A stretch of DNA of 37,358 nucleotides from Thermotogota bacterium (GTDB lineage Bacteria; Bipolaricaulota; Bipolaricaulia; UBA7950; UBA9294): assembly GCA_039679545.1 (NCBI GenBank), contig JBDKUT010000002.1, forward strand, positions 1 to 37,358. The letters are read 5' to 3'. Shown here in pieces: positions 33,857 through 37,358 of the stretch (position 1 is its first letter; each line of letters starts with the position of its first letter). The notes under the pieces are model-generated. The model ran no database searches. It was not told where the DNA came from and worked only from the letters and a program-made list of their open reading frames with translations. The translations under genes and the position numbers were made by a program.

Positions 33857-34531
33857 GTGGAGCCGGCTGGGCAGCGGCGCATCTCAACGATTGTCTTCGA
33901 CCTCGACGGCACGCTGGTGCGTTACCGCGGCGTCGAGTTCGAGTCGAGTTGGGGTGCCGTGGCCGCTGCCGCCGGCGTGGGGGCGAAGTCGCGGGCGCTC
34001 CTCGTGGAGTACTTCTCTCGCCCCGAGGCGTACGCCGAGTGGGTGGCACGAGATGCCTCTCTCTTGGCCGGTGTCTCGGTCGCCAACGTCACAGCGCGGG
34101 TGCTGCCGGCGCCGTACGCGGACGGAGTCGTCGGCGCGGTCAAGGCCCTGCGGGGACAGTACCGAATGGGGATTCTCTCTTCGGGAGTCGCCCTCGTTGC
34201 CGATTGGGTGTGCAAGGACCTCGAACTGGACTTCGCCCTCGCGAATCGCATCCACGTTCTCGATGGGCGTTTTACCGGAACGGCGGAGACGATCGTCGAC
34301 TTGTGGGCCAAGGACCGGGCGCTGCGGGTTCTCGCCGCGGAACAAGGCGTCCATCTGGACGAGATCTGCTTTGTTGGGGATCACGTCAACGACGTGCCGG
34401 CGATGCGGATTGCCGGCCTCGCCGTCGCTGCGAACCCGAAGGATCCCGCCGTGGGCGAGGCGGCGTGGCGCACGATCCGAGACTTCGCCGAGCTGCCGGC
34501 GGTTCTTGAGGATTGGCGGCGGGCGCCGTAG
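33857..34531 (+). CDS. HAD-superfamily phosphatase (phosphoserine phosphatase-like)
   Basis: FDLDGTL, ILSSG, conserved K and VGDHVND motifs. Confidence 0.85.
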   Translation: MEPAGQRRISTIVFDLDGTLVRYRGVEFESSWGAVAAAAGVGAKSRALLVEYFSRPEAYAEWVARDASLLAGVSVANVTARVLPAPYADGVVGAVKALRGQYRMGILSSGVALVADWVCKDLELDFALANRIHVLDGRFTGTAETIVDLWAKDRALRVLAAEQGVHLDEICFVGDHVNDVPAMRIAGLAVAANPKDPAVGEAAWRTIRDFAELPAVLEDWRRAP

Positions 34532-34549
34532 GCCGCGCTCGCCCGATTG

Positions 34550-35173
34550 CTAGGTTCCGAAGAGCCGGTCACCCGCGTCGCCGAGACCGGGGAGGATGTA
34601 GCCCTTCGCGTTCAGCTCGCGGTCCAGCGCGGCGCAGTAGATCGGCACGTCGGGGTGTTCCACCGAGTATGCACTCACGCCCTCCGGCGACGCGACGAGA
34701 CAGAGGAATTGAATGTCTTTTCCCCCCTCGCGCTTGATGATCCGCGTCGCAGCGATGGCGCTCCCGCCCGTCGCGAGCATCGGGTCGACGACAATGATCT
34801 GCGCACGCGAGAGGTCAGGAGGCAGCTTGCAATAGTACTCGACAGGCTGGAGGGTCTTGGGATCTCGGTAGATGCCGACGTGGCCGACCTTCGCCGTGGG
34901 AATGAGATCGAGCACGCCCCCGAGCATTCCTGTCCCCGCGCGCAGGATGGGGACGAGGACCACCGGAACGCCGAGGACGCGTCCGGTCATGGTCTCGAGC
35001 GGCGTTCGGACCGTGACCTCGCGCAACGGATACGCACGCGTGATCTCGTACACCATGAACGCCGTCAGTTCGTCGAGGAGCCGCCGGAACGTCTCGTTGT
35101 CCGTCGTCGCGTCGCGCATCCGCGTCAGCTTGCTCTGGATCAAGGGGTGCTCGATGATGTGAAGGTTCGGCAT
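34550..35173 (-). CDS. upp: Uracil phosphoribosyltransferase
   Basis: HPLIQSKLT, VPILRAG, VDPMLATGGS and YILPGLGDAGDRLFGT motifs. Confidence 0.97.
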   Translation of the reverse strand: MPNLHIIEHPLIQSKLTRMRDATTDNETFRRLLDELTAFMVYEITRAYPLREVTVRTPLETMTGRVLGVPVVLVPILRAGTGMLGGVLDLIPTAKVGHVGIYRDPKTLQPVEYYCKLPPDLSRAQIIVVDPMLATGGSAIAATRIIKREGGKDIQFLCLVASPEGVSAYSVEHPDVPIYCAALDRELNAKGYILPGLGDAGDRLFGT

Positions 35174-35454
35174 AGCTCTCCTGGCTTCCTGCGGTGCTGC
35201 GCCCACGATACTCGATCAGCTAGAACTGGGCAAGCCTCCTAGGAAGCGGGGCATGTGACCTGGGCCTTTGACGCAACAAGGCGGGAACGGCCTGCTCCGT
35301 TTCCTTAGTCCAGCTCGCGCTTTCGTCGTAGCGCGGCGCCGGGATGCCAGGTTGTCAGACAAGACCTGTGTCCACCAGCGAGGTGGGGCATTGCGGCAAC
35401 GATCGAAAACATAGATAAGAACGGCACTTCTTCACTAGTGAGTTGATGCCCCCG

Positions 35455-35483
35455 TTGACACGTCGGCGGTCTCGGTCTACAAA
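35455..35483 (+). promoter_or_regulatory. Putative purM-purL promoter
   Basis: TTGACA-N17-TACAAA (imperfect -10). Confidence 0.5.
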
Positions 35484-35553
35484 CTGAACGAGGGGTCGTC
35501 GAGTCCCTTGGCGGACCGGCGGCTGAACGGGTGGACGCATCAGAAGACTCCCA

Positions 35554-35581
35554 GGGGATGTTCGTCCCCCCTTTGTTTTTT
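35554..35581 (+). terminator. Leader attenuator-type terminator upstream of purM
   Basis: GGGGAT-GTTC-GTCCCC hairpin followed by CCTTTGTTTTTT, ~30 nt before the purM SD. Confidence 0.6.
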
Positions 35582-35622
35582 GCGGCCGCCCGAGTTCGCA
35601 CGAAGAACAGGAGGACCGAGGC

Positions 35623-36768
35623 GTGGCTGAAGGCAGTGCGGGGGTTCGCGAGGATTCGCTGCGGGGCGAGCTGAGGGGAGGCGCGAAGGACGTCGACCAG
35701 GCGGGAGTGGATCGCTGCTCGGCGATCGCCTACGCCTACGCGCGGGACACGTTCGCCGCGCTCCGGGGACGGGGCGGGATTCGGATCGAGGGGGACGAGG
35801 AGAGCTTCGCCAACGTCGTTCGGATCGGAGACGTGCGCGTCGCGGTGACGTCCGACGGGATCGGCACGAAGCTCGAGGTCGCGGAGCGCGTCGGGCGTTT
35901 CGACACGCTGGGGTTCGACCTTCTCGCCATGGTCCTCGACGACCTCGTGGCGATCGGCGCCGAGCCGATCGCGGTGTCGAACATCATTGACGCCGATCGA
36001 CTCGACGAGGCGACGGTCGACGCAATGATGTCGGGTCTCGCGTGCGCTGCGCGGGAGTGCGGCGTGGCCGTGACGGGAGGCGAGATCGCCGCCCTCGGTC
36101 GCCGCGTCGGGGGATGGGGCGACGGGCCCCACGTCAACTGGTGTGCAACCGCCATCGGAGTACTCCCCGGAGAGCGACCGGCCCTCTGTGGGAAGGATCT
36201 CAAGCCGGGCGACGAGGTCGTCGCCCTCCGAAGCGCAGGCCTACGTAGCAATGGGTTCACGCTGGCTCGAAAGATCCTCGAGCGGGCCTTCGGCGACATG
36301 TGGCACCTCGCGCTCCACGAAGGGACGCCGTGGGGCGACCTTCTCCTCACGCCGTCGCTCATCTATGCGCCGTCCGTTGCAGGTGCTCTCGCCTCGGGGA
36401 TTCCGATTCGAGGGCTGGCACACACCACGGGCGGTGGGATTTCCGCCAACTTTCCGCGGGTCCTCCGCGCGACGGGGTTTGGCGCGGAGTTCGTCGATCT
36501 CTGGCCTCCGCATGGTTGGGTGCTCCGCCTTGCCGAGCTCGGCGGCCTGTCGGGGCGTGAGGCGTACGCGGAGTGGAACATGGGGAACGGAATGCTCGCC
36601 GTTGTCCCCCAGGGGCAGGGGCGGGCACTTGTGCAGGCGCTCGAGACTCACGGCAGAAAGGCACGGGTTGCGGGAAGGATCGTCCGGGAACCTGGCATCA
36701 CGATCGACGCCCGTGCTTGGGGGTTGGGGTCCGTTCGATTCGCTGCCAACGAGGAGGCCGATGCCTGA
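35623..36768 (+). CDS. purM: Phosphoribosylformylglycinamidine cyclo-ligase (AIR synthetase)
   Basis: AGVD, SDGIGTK, GGE, SNGFTLARK, LLTPSLIY, HTTGGG and NMG motifs. Confidence 0.9.
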   Translation: MAEGSAGVREDSLRGELRGGAKDVDQAGVDRCSAIAYAYARDTFAALRGRGGIRIEGDEESFANVVRIGDVRVAVTSDGIGTKLEVAERVGRFDTLGFDLLAMVLDDLVAIGAEPIAVSNIIDADRLDEATVDAMMSGLACAARECGVAVTGGEIAALGRRVGGWGDGPHVNWCATAIGVLPGERPALCGKDLKPGDEVVALRSAGLRSNGFTLARKILERAFGDMWHLALHEGTPWGDLLLTPSLIYAPSVAGALASGIPIRGLAHTTGGGISANFPRVLRATGFGAEFVDLWPPHGWVLRLAELGGLSGREAYAEWNMGNGMLAVVPQGQGRALVQALETHGRKARVAGRIVREPGITIDARAWGLGSVRFAANEEADA

Positions 36769-37358
36769 GACCTGGACACACCTTCATGTGTCCTCTCGAC
36801 CCGACCGAGGCGCCGACCCGGTCGGTGAACGGGTTCGTCGGCAGGCCGCCGACTTCCTCTCGATCGACACCGGGAGAATCGCGACGTCGAAGATCTATTC
36901 GGTGTCCCCTGCGCTTGACCCTGCGAGGACCGATCGAGCCCTCGCCGCGCTCGGAAACGAAGTTTCGTGTGTCGTGGGCGTCGGATCGCCGGCCCGTAGG
37001 GAATTTCAGTCGTTCATTTCGGTCGACAAGCGACCGGGCGTGACGGACGACGAGGGCCGGACGGTCCTGGCCGTGCTCCGCGACCTCTTCCCTGACGTGC
37101 CGGAGATCGCCTCCGGCCGCGCGGCATCGCGTGACGTCTACTGGCTGGAGCGAGTGCTCTCCCCGGCGGAACTCGCACGCATCGCCGAGGAGCTTGTGGG
37201 AAACCCGCTTGTCCACGTCCTCCGGTCGGGACCGGTCGACGCCTACGAGGATCCGCGGCCGCGTAGTTCGGTCGCGACGCCGCCGGCGATCGAGACGATT
37301 GCTCTGCCGCGCGATGACGCCGGCCTGCTCCGGCTGTCGGAGACGCGACTTCTCTCGC
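36761..37358 (+). CDS. purL: FGAM synthase PurL with fused tandem PurS-like N-terminal domains (truncated by the window edge)
   Basis: Manual translation MPETWTHL...ADPVGERV...RPGVTDDEGRT...ELVGNPLVH...LLRLSETRLLS; open to the window end and overlapping the purM stop. Confidence 0.8.
   Translation, partial: MPETWTHLHVSSRPDRGADPVGERVRRQAADFLSIDTGRIATSKIYSVSPALDPARTDRALAALGNEVSCVVGVGSPARREFQSFISVDKRPGVTDDEGRTVLAVLRDLFPDVPEIASGRAASRDVYWLERVLSPAELARIAEELVGNPLVHVLRSGPVDAYEDPRPRSSVATPPAIETIALPRDDAGLLRLSETRLLS

Noticed and set aside
35296..35450. PyrR-binding loop (TTAGTCCAG) or PurR box between upp and purM
   Set aside because: Only short partial matches; the PyrR-like string is on the wrong strand for upp and lacks the GAGG half.

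Overview
GC-rich bacterial chromosomal segment with no mobile element, CRISPR array or rRNA. The Thermotoga-type RNase Z and the PKD/beta-helix surface proteins suggest a deep-branching diderm lineage such as Ca. Bipolaricaulota; this is inference only. Housekeeping content: pmbA (partial), tldD, tRNA(CAT, probably Ile2), an RNase HI-like gene, dtd, rpmF, ftsZ, an OmpR-type regulator, a GNAT, phoH, mtaB, an LCP gene, rsfS, a UvrD helicase-nuclease, hup, gabT, rnz, serS, a NatA/NatB-type ABC exporter, smpB, tgt, a HAD phosphatase, upp, purM and purL (partial). Several large secreted proteins are interspersed. The most notable signals are: (1) an FtsZ with a ~100-aa N-terminal extension containing a segment resembling DnaA domain I / DnaX-C / DciA (KH-like), followed by a pseudo-receiver response regulator; (2) a two-gene operon encoding a 4-repeat + 3xPKD surface protein ending in a T9SS-type-A-like C-terminal domain, plus a PorV/PorQ-like beta-barrel; (3) a terminator/antiterminator leader upstream of purM-purL that matches no canonical riboswitch I recognise; (4) recurrent leaderless-type TANNNT-N6-9-ATG starts and a probable ATC/ATT start for phoH.
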